Made by a program: the position numbers and the translations under genes. A model generated the notes under the pieces. It worked only from the letters and a program-made list of their open reading frames with translations. It searched no databases and was not told the origin of the DNA. This document shows, piece by piece, positions 56,021-64,000 of a DNA stretch of 64,000 nt; within the stretch, counting starts at the first letter, position 1, and every line of letters begins with the position of its first letter. Source of the DNA: Chitinophagales bacterium (GTDB lineage Bacteria; Bacteroidota; Bacteroidia; Chitinophagales; JADIYW01); assembly GCA_020636535.1 (NCBI GenBank), contig JACJXT010000011.1, positions 712,680 through 776,679 on the forward strand. The letters are read 5' to 3'.

Positions 56021-57910
56021 CTACTCCAAAATCTTTAATTCTGTTCTACGATTTTGAGCTTTGTTTTGTTCGTTGGTGTTATCAACTAGCGGTTTTGTCA
56101 TACCATAACCTTTTGCAGTTAATCTATTAAGTGCAATACCTTTTCCTACTAAATATTGTACTACACTTTCGGCTCTTCTTTTAGATAATAATAAGTTATA
56201 ATCTGCATTACCAGTGTTGTCTGTATGTCCACCAATTTCTACTTTTAAATTCGGATTTTCTTTAAGCAAAGCTACTACTTTGTCTAATTCAGGAAAAGAA
56301 GTGCTTTTAAGTTCTGCTTTATCTATATCAAAAAATACATTATTTAATTGTATAATATTATCTTTCTGTATTGGTTGTAAGTAAACATTTAAAATATATG
56401 GTTCTACTGCACTGCTAGAACTGAATGAAAAATTCTCTGAGTGAAATAAATATTTATCTTTTTGTACAGTTAATGCGTAGTTTTTATTAGCAGTTAAACA
56501 AGCAACAAAATTACCATTGCCATTAGTTTTTCCACTAGTCACTGTTTCGTTTTTGGCTAAATCAAGCAAAGCATAATCTGCAAATAATGCTTGTTTAGAA
56601 ATGGCATCATATACTTGTACTTTTACAAAAGTAGTTGGCTTTGGTTTGTAAGCATTTGGCAAATCAAAACTATAAATGTCTAATTTGCCAAAACCACCAA
56701 CTCTGTTACTAGCAAAATAAGCAGTAGTACCATCAGTAGAAACAAACAAACCCATTTCATCTTTTTCGGTATTAATAGGATAACCTAAATTTTTTGGTAT
56801 TGTCCACTGTCCATTTTCAAGAGTAGTAATAAACAAATCGTTTTGTCCCATACCTTGATGACCATTTGACGCAAAGTAAAGTGTAACACCATCTGGATGA
56901 ATGAAAGGCGTTTGGTCGTCTTGTGGTGTATTAATGACAGCACCTAAATTTTTTGGTTCGCTCCAACGCAATTGGTCATCTAAATAAGATACCCAAATAT
57001 CTCTTCCACCAAAACCACCAGGTCGGTCGCTACTAAAATACATAGCATTTCCATTCGCAGCAAAACTTGGTTGTGCATCCCAATAAGGTGTGTTAATTGG
57101 TTTATTGATGCCTTTTGCTGTTGTCCAGTTTTTGCCATCATTGTACGAATAAAAAATATCACAACTACCAAAAACATTATTTCTGTTGCAAGTAGTAAAA
57201 AACAGCAAGTTGCCATTGGCAGAAATACTTTGAGAACCATCGTTATGTGTTGGATCATTAATTTGATTACTCAGAATTTCGGCAGGCGACCAACTAGAAG
57301 TATACTGACTGTGATAAATGTCTTCTTGATTGAAAATTCGTCTAGTAAAAAAGAGTTCACTTCCATCTGGCGTTAATGCAGGAAAATATTCATCATCGGC
57401 AGAGTTAACATTTTCGCCAAGGTTAATTGGATTAAAGCTTACTGGATTTTTTTTGGCACTAATAGAAAACGAAGCTTTTGAAATAATGTCGTTTACTTTC
57501 TGCTTGCCAAACTCAGAAATTTTATTTTGTTTCAAGTATAAATTTGAAATAGCAATTGCTTTATCATGTTGCTCTGTTAAGTAGTAGCAGTCTGCCAACA
57601 TCCAATACAGTCTGTTCTGCTGAATATCAGTATAAACCGTTTGAGCATCGGTTTTTGCAGCTTCAAAATAAGGTATTGCTTCGTTATATTTTCGTTGAGC
57701 AAAGTACAATTCGCCAATTAAAATTTTAGCATCTAAATACGCTGGATATATTTTAATAGCTTGTTGTAGCGTAGCAATTGCCTCAGTATACTGTGTTTTT
57801 TTAGCGTATGCTATAGCATCGTCATACAGTTGTGTTGCTTTTTTTGGTGTTTGAGTAAAGCCAATTAAAGCTATCAATAGCAATGAATATGTTATTAATG
57901 CTTTTTTCAT
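56021..57910 (-). CDS. OmpA-family protein with TPR repeats and TolB-like beta-propeller repeats
   Basis: 629 aa with signal peptide, TPR region and repeated PD40-like segments. C-terminal OmpA domain (GHTDNTGNADYNLLLSKRRAESV...NRRTEL). Confidence 0.8.
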   Translation of the reverse strand: MKKALITYSLLLIALIGFTQTPKKATQLYDDAIAYAKKTQYTEAIATLQQAIKIYPAYLDAKILIGELYFAQRKYNEAIPYFEAAKTDAQTVYTDIQQNRLYWMLADCYYLTEQHDKAIAISNLYLKQNKISEFGKQKVNDIISKASFSISAKKNPVSFNPINLGENVNSADDEYFPALTPDGSELFFTRRIFNQEDIYHSQYTSSWSPAEILSNQINDPTHNDGSQSISANGNLLFFTTCNRNNVFGSCDIFYSYNDGKNWTTAKGINKPINTPYWDAQPSFAANGNAMYFSSDRPGGFGGRDIWVSYLDDQLRWSEPKNLGAVINTPQDDQTPFIHPDGVTLYFASNGHQGMGQNDLFITTLENGQWTIPKNLGYPINTEKDEMGLFVSTDGTTAYFASNRVGGFGKLDIYSFDLPNAYKPKPTTFVKVQVYDAISKQALFADYALLDLAKNETVTSGKTNGNGNFVACLTANKNYALTVQKDKYLFHSENFSFSSSSAVEPYILNVYLQPIQKDNIIQLNNVFFDIDKAELKSTSFPELDKVVALLKENPNLKVEIGGHTDNTGNADYNLLLSKRRAESVVQYLVGKGIALNRLTAKGYGMTKPLVDNTNEQNKAQNRRTELKILE

Positions 57911-57939
57911 ACGAAATTAACTACAAACAATATACCAAA

Positions 57940-58731
57940 TTAATACCAAACTACTTTGTGTAGCTTTTGTTTATTTTCTTTTCGAAGAAAGACAAAACCC
58001 ATTTGGTAAATATCTATAGTAATAGTAGATGCAGGATGATTTTTGATGAACTGCCATGCTTCTTCCATTTCTTCTGTCCAATGTATATCATCGAACACTA
58101 GTAAAGTATCGTTGTGTGTATAAGGTAATAATTTTTCGAAGTAATTAATTGTAGGCAATTCTTTATGATTTCCATCGATAAAAATTAAATCGAAAGGACC
58201 ATTTTTTGTAGCTACATCGTGAAGCACTTTATCAAATTCGCCAACTACCAATTCTATATTATTGAGTTGTAGCTGATTGAAATTTTGTTGAGCAATTTCG
58301 GCAATGCTTTTACTGCCTTCTATTGTAGTAACTTTAATATCATTATTTACAGAAGCAATGTAAGAAGTTGTAATGCCTAATGAAGTTCCTAACTCTAATA
58401 CATTTTTATAGTTAAAATATTTTATTAAATGATAAATAAGATGTGCATACTTCTTTTTCTTTATACTCACTCTAGTAATCTGACTGATTTTTCTTTGGTT
58501 ACTATTCATTGATTTAGAACCTGCACCAAAATCTTCTACTTCAATAATTGTTTCATTTTGAAGCAGTTGTTGTCTTATAGCTTCAATTTTGTCGGCTGAT
58601 TCTGGTTTGTTTTTCTTTTCAAAAACTTTAGTAACAATATCAAACAAAAAAGGAGAGTGTATTTTATATTTTGTTTGAGAAACCCAAAGATAAACAATAA
58701 GCGATTCGATTCTATACCAAATTCTTTCCAT
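57940..58731 (-). CDS. Class I SAM-dependent (O-)methyltransferase
   Basis: 263 aa with motif I VLELGTSLGITT and a later DLIFIDGNH typical of family-3 O-methyltransferases. Confidence 0.7.
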   Translation of the reverse strand: MERIWYRIESLIVYLWVSQTKYKIHSPFLFDIVTKVFEKKNKPESADKIEAIRQQLLQNETIIEVEDFGAGSKSMNSNQRKISQITRVSIKKKKYAHLIYHLIKYFNYKNVLELGTSLGITTSYIASVNNDIKVTTIEGSKSIAEIAQQNFNQLQLNNIELVVGEFDKVLHDVATKNGPFDLIFIDGNHKELPTINYFEKLLPYTHNDTLLVFDDIHWTEEMEEAWQFIKNHPASTITIDIYQMGFVFLRKENKQKLHKVVWY

Positions 58732-58902
58732 AAGCTACAAAAGTAAGTTAAAAGAATCAATTTTTGAGAATGAAGCACCAAGATTATTAACTACTGTATT
58801 TATTTAATAGTTGGTGTTTTCAGAAACTGAAATATACCATTGACAAAGCTATTAATAACATGAAATAAGTTTTTTTACTTATTTGTGGAATAGCTATCTG
58901 TG

Positions 58903-59691
58903 TTATTTACCATTTTGTATTACTTCAATTTTTGTGTATCTAAAAACTTTTCCTGCTTTGTCTTGCCCAACTTTTGCTAATTCTCTTTTTGGAAACCCAT
59001 TTTCTGATATTAGTTGTCCTGTTACTTTTATTATTATTGGTAAATTTTCTCCATGGAAAAGTGTGTCAGCATTAATTAATTTTTCATTGGCTGGTTCTAA
59101 CCAATAATTTGTTTTCTTGTTTATGTTATTGCTAAAACGAATTTCACTCCATTGAGCACAAAGACACGAAGTTGCATTGTAGACTAAAGTTAATGTTTCA
59201 ACTTTGCTGTTTGGTTTGAAATTTGGATTGTCAATTACTTTAAGCTTAGTGTATCTAAATACTTTTGCTTTTGGCATTGGCTCTTCCATTTCAATTGTAC
59301 CTCGAGGATAGTCTTCTTTTTCATAAAATTGTCCTGTAATTTTAATTTTATGTCTATATGGTTCAAAATATATAGGTATTTCTAAGGTGCTGTCTGCTGG
59401 TTCAATGTAAAAATAAAGGTCTTTAAAAGTTTTTGTTGTATCTGTACTTCCTTCGTCTTTAGTTCTTATCCAGTTTGGACAGGCACAACCAATAATGTGA
59501 TAACTAACTTCTAAGTCTTCAACTTTGTTTGTCAGTTTGTTTGTAGAGTCTGAAATTACTTTGGTATATTTATATTCAGTCTGATTTTGTTGTTCTATTT
59601 TATTATTTTTTTGCTTAATTTTTGTCTGTCTACAAAAAACTAATATCAAGCTAAAAAATAAAATTGTCAATATGTTTTTTAGTCTAATCAT
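58903..59691 (-). CDS. Hypothetical secreted/lipoprotein with an internal tandem duplication (CxCxxW ... VFRYTK modules)
   Basis: ATG at 59691 gives MIRLKNILTILFFSLILVFC. Two modules of about 100 aa: GCACPNWI...IKITGQFYEKEDYP...KVFRYTKLKVIDN and SCLCAQWS...IKVTGQLISENGFP...KVFRYTKIEVIQN. Confidence 0.5.
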   Translation of the reverse strand: MIRLKNILTILFFSLILVFCRQTKIKQKNNKIEQQNQTEYKYTKVISDSTNKLTNKVEDLEVSYHIIGCACPNWIRTKDEGSTDTTKTFKDLYFYIEPADSTLEIPIYFEPYRHKIKITGQFYEKEDYPRGTIEMEEPMPKAKVFRYTKLKVIDNPNFKPNSKVETLTLVYNATSCLCAQWSEIRFSNNINKKTNYWLEPANEKLINADTLFHGENLPIIIKVTGQLISENGFPKRELAKVGQDKAGKVFRYTKIEVIQNGK

Positions 59692-59917
59692 TTTGTTTGT
59701 TGTATTGTTAATGACAGTTAATGAACAGAGCTTGAGCAAAACTTTTATACAATACTCAAATATAAAGAATAAAATGAGCGGTGTATATTTTTTCCCTAAG
59801 AATAATTTTTGTCATAAATGATATTATTTATATAAAATTTTATATAATTTATTTCTTATCAATAAATTGTAGACAATAACTTTTAATTGTAATAATACAG
59901 TACAATAATTTATATAA

Positions 59918-60505
59918 TTATTGGTATGGTTTTAAGTATTTTACAGGTACATAATCAGTAAGCCAAACACCATTGTCTGAAATATAAAAAGCGTAATTGT
60001 CATTATACATTGTTTCGGCAAGTACAATAAACACAAACGGTTTGCCATGCCTTTGTCCCACTTGTATAGCTGTTTCAATGTCTTTACTTAAATGAACATG
60101 TTGTCTGTTTTGTTTTTTAAGTCCATCTTTAAGTATAGCATCAACAGTATTTTTGCTAGTACCATGGTAAAGTATTTCAGGTGGTTTTTGATTAATGTAA
60201 CCTAAGTTGATATCAATAGAATGTCCTTGATTGGCTCTTATTTTATTACTAGTTTCATTTATTGCAAACCTTTGCTTAGCATTTGTAGCAACAATATGAT
60301 TTAACAGCACACGATTAATTTTTATTCCGTATTGGTGATTGTATAGATTTGATTTTTCAATCAACTCATCAATATCAGCCCAACCATTTTGGTCTAGTTC
60401 AATGCCTATTGTTTCTGGTTGATGACGCAATATAAAACTTAAGAATTTACTGATTTGTTTTGCTTGTTTATCACTTGTTATTTGTTTAATATATTGAATT
60501 AATAT
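59918..60505 (-). CDS. kptA: RNA 2'-phosphotransferase KptA/Tpt1 (5' boundary unresolved)
   Basis: Collinear with E. coli KptA (SKFLSFILRHQPETIGIELDQNGWADIDELI, ANQGHS, LYHGT, HVHLS, NGVWLT). The conserved SKFLSFILRH lies upstream of the only canonical start, the TTG at 60430. The frame is open up to the stop at 60506-60508. Confidence 0.8.
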   Translation of the reverse strand: MLIQYIKQITSDKQAKQISKFLSFILRHQPETIGIELDQNGWADIDELIEKSNLYNHQYGIKINRVLLNHIVATNAKQRFAINETSNKIRANQGHSIDINLGYINQKPPEILYHGTSKNTVDAILKDGLKKQNRQHVHLSKDIETAIQVGQRHGKPFVFIVLAETMYNDNYAFYISDNGVWLTDYVPVKYLKPYQ

Positions 60506-60590
60506 TTATAAAGTAAAAAAACAATACAAGTACAAGATAAATCTTTTAAAAATTTAATATTAGTAGCAACATAAGAAAACTATAAAAATT

Positions 60591-61379
60591 CTACCAGCCA
60601 CCGCTAGCACCACCGCCACCAAAACTGCCACCACCAAAGCCGCCGAAACCACCAGAGGAACCGCCGCCGCCACCAGACCAGCCACTTCCACCAGTAGTCG
60701 TCCATGTCCAACCACCACGATTGCCAGTATAACCGCCACCACTGCCACCACCTTTAGATTTAGATGCTATAATAATAAATAGTATAAATATGCCTATAAA
60801 AATAAGTATTGGAAATATTGGAAAATCACCGTTTTGAGTAGACTCATATGTATAAGTACCTTGTAACAAACCAATCATAGCATTAGTTGCTTCGTCTATA
60901 CCATTATAATAATTACCTGCTTTAAAGTTTGGTGTTATAATATCATCTATAATGCGTTTTGCATCGCCATCTGTTATATATGATTCTATACCATAACCTA
61001 ATTCTATATCTATTTTTCTTTCATTTTTGGCAATCAATAATAAAATACCATTGTTTTTACTATTTCCAATTCCCCATTTTCTTCCTAAGCGAATTGCATA
61101 ATCATCAATTGCGTAATCTCCAATGCTTTCAACAGTTACTACGGCAATTTGCGTAGAAGTAGAATCATTATAATCTACTAGTTTCGTTTCCAATCTTGAC
61201 TTATCAAAGTCATTCAACATGCCTGCTAAGTCGTTTACTAGTTTTGGTGGATTAGGTGCTTCTGGAATATTTGGATCATCTTTTAATGCCTGTTGTGCAT
61301 TAGCAATTGAAGCAATTAATAGTATTGATGAAAATATAATATGTTTTATGGTACTAGTTCTCATCAAACGAAATTTCAT
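60591..61379 (-). CDS. TPM-domain protein (YgcG-like) with TM helix and glycine-rich C-terminal tail
   Basis: 262 aa with signal peptide, TPM domain (STQIAVVTVESIGDY...ILLLIAKNERKIDIE), a TM helix, and a tail of about 55 aa rich in G/S/W. Confidence 0.7.
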   Translation of the reverse strand: MKFRLMRTSTIKHIIFSSILLIASIANAQQALKDDPNIPEAPNPPKLVNDLAGMLNDFDKSRLETKLVDYNDSTSTQIAVVTVESIGDYAIDDYAIRLGRKWGIGNSKNNGILLLIAKNERKIDIELGYGIESYITDGDAKRIIDDIITPNFKAGNYYNGIDEATNAMIGLLQGTYTYESTQNGDFPIFPILIFIGIFILFIIIASKSKGGGSGGGYTGNRGGWTWTTTGGSGWSGGGGGSSGGFGGFGGGSFGGGGASGGW

Positions 61380-61800
61380 TACTCAATTCATCAGGATTAT
61401 TAGTATGTAGTAAAGGAAAATGACGATGTAATTCTTTGCCTACTTTTTCTACAATTGCCACAATACCATTGGCGTAATTTCCATTTTTAAAATTAACAGC
61501 TAATTCATTACATAAAGCAGTCCAATAATCAATAGGTGTGCTATGGTCTATTGCTTCGTCTCCAACAATAGCAAACTGTTTATCTTTTACTGCAATATAA
61601 ATTAAAACACCATTTCTGTTTTTTGTTTGATGCATATTAAGCATGTTAAAAACAGCTTCAGCTCTTACAATGGTAGCTGTATTACAATGGTTTTCTATAT
61701 GTACACGAATTTCTCCAGTAGTATTATTTTCTGCAATTTTTATAGCATCAGTAATACGATTTTTTTCTGCATCAGTTAGAAAGTGTTTTGCGTTTGCCAT
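61354..61800 (-). CDS. TPM-domain protein (cytoplasmic-type)
   Basis: 148 aa with FLTDAEKNRITDAIKIAENNTTGEIRVHIE...GVLIYIAVKDKQFAIVGD. Confidence 0.7.
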   Translation of the reverse strand: MANAKHFLTDAEKNRITDAIKIAENNTTGEIRVHIENHCNTATIVRAEAVFNMLNMHQTKNRNGVLIYIAVKDKQFAIVGDEAIDHSTPIDYWTALCNELAVNFKNGNYANGIVAIVEKVGKELHRHFPLLHTNNPDELSNEISFDEN

Positions 61801-61803
61801 AAT

Positions 61804-62382
61804 TTAAAATGCTACTTCTGGAGCTTTTTCTGCACCAGCTTCTGCTTTAAATGGAGTTTTTGTATCAAAACCAAAAATCATTGCGGTTAAGTTAGATGGA
61901 AATTTTCTTACTGTGGTATTATAAGTTTTTACAGTACTATTATAATCTCTTCTTGCAATATTGATTCTGTTTTCAGTTCTTTCTAGCTCATTCATTAAAT
62001 CTTGAAACAAAGCAGTACTTTTTAAGTCAGGATATTTTTCTACAGTTACTAATAATCTGCTTAAAGCACCACTTAATTGCGATTGTGCTTCTTGAAATTT
62101 AGCCATATTCTCTGGTGTCAAATCATCGGCAGTTAATTGAATTGAAGTTGCCTTTGCTCTAGCATTAATTACATCTACTAGCGTTTGCTGTTCAAAATCT
62201 TTAGCACCTTTAACACTGTTCACTAAGTTTTTAATTAAATCGGCTCTTCTTTGATAAGCCGCTTCTACATTTGCCCAAGCTTCGGTTACCGTTTCGTCTT
62301 GACTTATAATATTATTATAAGAACAACTTGGCAATAAAAACATTGCACTTATAGCAATTAACATCAATTTTAAAGTCTTCAT
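61804..62382 (-). CDS. lemA: LemA family protein
   Basis: ATG at 62382 gives lipoprotein-like MKTLKLMLIAISAMFLLPSC. LemA motif AYQRRADLIKNLVNSVKG...YNTTVRKFP. Confidence 0.85.
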   Translation of the reverse strand: MKTLKLMLIAISAMFLLPSCSYNNIISQDETVTEAWANVEAAYQRRADLIKNLVNSVKGAKDFEQQTLVDVINARAKATSIQLTADDLTPENMAKFQEAQSQLSGALSRLLVTVEKYPDLKSTALFQDLMNELERTENRINIARRDYNSTVKTYNTTVRKFPSNLTAMIFGFDTKTPFKAEAGAEKAPEVAF

Positions 62383-62472
62383 AATTTTTTCATTTAAATC
62401 ACAAAATAACAACTAATAATTTAATAATACACTTTAAAAGGTGTAAAAGTTCCAATGCCTTAATTTTATTTT

Positions 62473-63144
62473 GTGGATAATTTGGCGTACATAGCAGCAA
62501 TAGCTCAAAAAATTAAATCTTATAAAGATCAAGGAAAAACAATGTTTGCAAGTTCTTCTTTTCAAACGCATTCCTTACCTATGTTGCATATTTTAGCTCA
62601 GATTGATAATAGTATTCCTGTTTATTTTTTAAATACTGGCTATTTATTTCCGCAAACCATTCAATATAAAGATGAAATTGCTAATTTATTTAATATTAAG
62701 GTGATTGATGTAAAGTCTGCTACACCAAGAAATATGCAAAAAGATTATGCAGGTAGATTGTTATTTACTTCTGATCCTGATTTTTGCTGTCATTTAAATA
62801 AAGTAGCACCAATGGAACCTATTTTGCAATCGCACGATATTTGGATTAATGGTGTTAGAGCCGACCAAAACGCTAATAGAGCCAATATGAAAGAAGAGCA
62901 GGCAACACCACAAGGAGCTATGCGTTATCATCCGATGTTGCAATGGACAAAACCTATGATTTATGCTTATATTAAAGAACATAATATTCCTAAACATCCG
63001 CTAGAAAATGATGGCTATACTAGTATTGGTTGTGAACCTTGTACTAGAAAAATAGATTTGTCTTTAATGCAAGATGAAAGAATGGCAAGGTGGTTTGGCT
63101 TAAATAAAACTGAGTGTGGTTTACATACCGAATTGATTAAATAA
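62473..63144 (+). CDS. cysH: Adenylyl-/phosphoadenylyl-sulfate reductase, Fe-S (APS reductase) type
   Basis: 223 aa with GTG start and C-terminal catalytic ECGLH. The CC (DFCCHLNKVAP) plus CxxC (GCEPCT) cysteines are characteristic of [4Fe-4S] APS reductases. Confidence 0.85.
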   Translation: MDNLAYIAAIAQKIKSYKDQGKTMFASSSFQTHSLPMLHILAQIDNSIPVYFLNTGYLFPQTIQYKDEIANLFNIKVIDVKSATPRNMQKDYAGRLLFTSDPDFCCHLNKVAPMEPILQSHDIWINGVRADQNANRANMKEEQATPQGAMRYHPMLQWTKPMIYAYIKEHNIPKHPLENDGYTSIGCEPCTRKIDLSLMQDERMARWFGLNKTECGLHTELIK

Positions 63145-63145
63145 T

Positions 63146-64000
63146 ATGAATTACCTTTTTGTTTTTGGAGCTGGAAGAACTGGTACTACATTGGTATTGC
63201 GAATGATTGACAAAAATAGTACAGTGCAAATATTTCCGCAAGAAACACATGCATTTCCTTGGTTGTGGAAAGGTAATACTTTAAATATTCCATCGCATAT
63301 AAGTACACCGAAAGAGTTTGCTACTTATATTTTAGAAAAATATCCACTGGTTAATTTTGGTTGGAAAGGCAGTCAATACTTTCCTGTATTGCAACAATTA
63401 GTAAGCGATATTGAACAACAAAGTACTTTACCTAAAAACGCTGCTGATTTTATGCAGTTTGTTATTGAACGAAATATTGATAGTAGTATACAATACATTG
63501 GAGAAAAAACACCAGCTCATGGTTATTACTATCAACCTATTTTAAATCATTTTAAAAATAGCAAAGTAATTTTCACTATTCGAGATCCAAGAGCAACTGC
63601 TTATTCAGAATTAGTAAAAAGAAATATTGAACACTTAAATTTAGATGATTTTAACATATATAATTATATAATAAAATATAATACTATATATCAACAAATA
63701 GATAAAGTCAAACAAAAAATTGGTAGTGAAAATGTAATGGTGGTTCGCTACGAAGATGTAGTACTTCAACCAGAGCAAGAAATAAAAAAAATATGTCAGT
63801 TTTTAAAAATCAACTTTGAAAAAGAAATGTTAGAAGTTGGTGTATTTAATAGTTCTTTTGGTGATAAATTTCAGACAGATAAACAATTTAATACAGAAAA
63901 TTTAGATAGGTGGAAAGGTAATTTATCTGATGATATTGTATTTTTGATAGAAAAATATTGTAGTAACTTAATGAGTACCTACAACTATAAAACAACTCAT
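63146..64000 (+). CDS. Sulfotransferase family protein (3' end lies outside the window)
   Basis: Absent from the ORF track because no stop falls in the window. By manual translation the frame is open from the ATG at 63146 to 64000: MNYLFVFGAGRTGTTLVLRM (PAPS 5'-PSB loop), FTIRDPRATAYS, VVRYEDVV. Confidence 0.7.
   Translation, partial: MNYLFVFGAGRTGTTLVLRMIDKNSTVQIFPQETHAFPWLWKGNTLNIPSHISTPKEFATYILEKYPLVNFGWKGSQYFPVLQQLVSDIEQQSTLPKNAADFMQFVIERNIDSSIQYIGEKTPAHGYYYQPILNHFKNSKVIFTIRDPRATAYSELVKRNIEHLNLDDFNIYNYIIKYNTIYQQIDKVKQKIGSENVMVVRYEDVVLQPEQEIKKICQFLKINFEKEMLEVGVFNSSFGDKFQTDKQFNTENLDRWKGNLSDDIVFLIEKYCSNLMSTYNYKTTH

Noticed and set aside
60560-60751. 63-aa Ala/Val-rich ORF
   Set aside because: It is an alternative-frame reading of the GGN-repeat region that encodes the glycine-rich tail of the TPM protein, so it is a compositional artefact.
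60596-60760. GC-rich patch as evidence of horizontally acquired DNA
   Set aside because: It is fully explained by Gly/Ser/Trp codon content inside a conserved lemA-operon gene.

Overview
AT-rich, densely coding chromosomal segment with about 60 genes. It is almost certainly from a Bacteroidota genome (Flavobacteriia/Cytophagia-like). Evidence for that: four secreted proteins end in type-A T9SS C-terminal sorting domains, a GldC gliding-motility homologue is present, several genes are preceded by the Bacteroidota -7 promoter box TAnnTTTG, and a tmRNA encodes the tag GDNNFAMAA. Most of the window is ordinary core genome: glpD, rpe, pyrR-pyrB, hemA-hemCD, kdsB, htpG, cysH, two ABC-F ATPases, an M13 peptidase, an OmpA/TPR/beta-propeller protein and a LemA-TPM-TPM operon. 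Accessory or unusual content: (1) an edge-truncated ATPase + HNH nuclease pair resembling Septu (1-1439); (2) an AGPS-like FAD oxidase-GlpD-lipid kinase operon, a candidate ether-lipid route (1432-5607); (3) two tandem ~900-aa paralogous T9SS cargo proteins with a DUF2961/GH172-like core interrupted by a duplicated beta-sandwich-like module (7548-12954); (4) a sulfotransferase/small secreted protein/P450 trio abutting the tmRNA, with a VapBC pair on the other side of it; (5) a class II Fic gene preceded by interleaved repeats; (6) a 9-kb TetR-TolC-HlyD-ABC-2 exporter operon continuing into a GMC oxidoreductase and an ICMT-type methyltransferase; (7) a KptA/Tpt1 gene whose conserved N-terminus lies upstream of any canonical start codon, next to an internally duplicated CxCxxW lipoprotein; (8) non-coding structure, namely a dispersed ATCTAAAAATCT-type intergenic repeat family and a 145-nt cluster of four GC-rich hairpins closed by terminal inverted repeats. 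I saw no integrase, transposase, CRISPR array, rRNA or tRNA. I cannot point to one clear-cut novel multi-gene system. The findings below are ranked candidates, all called by eye from motifs without any database search.
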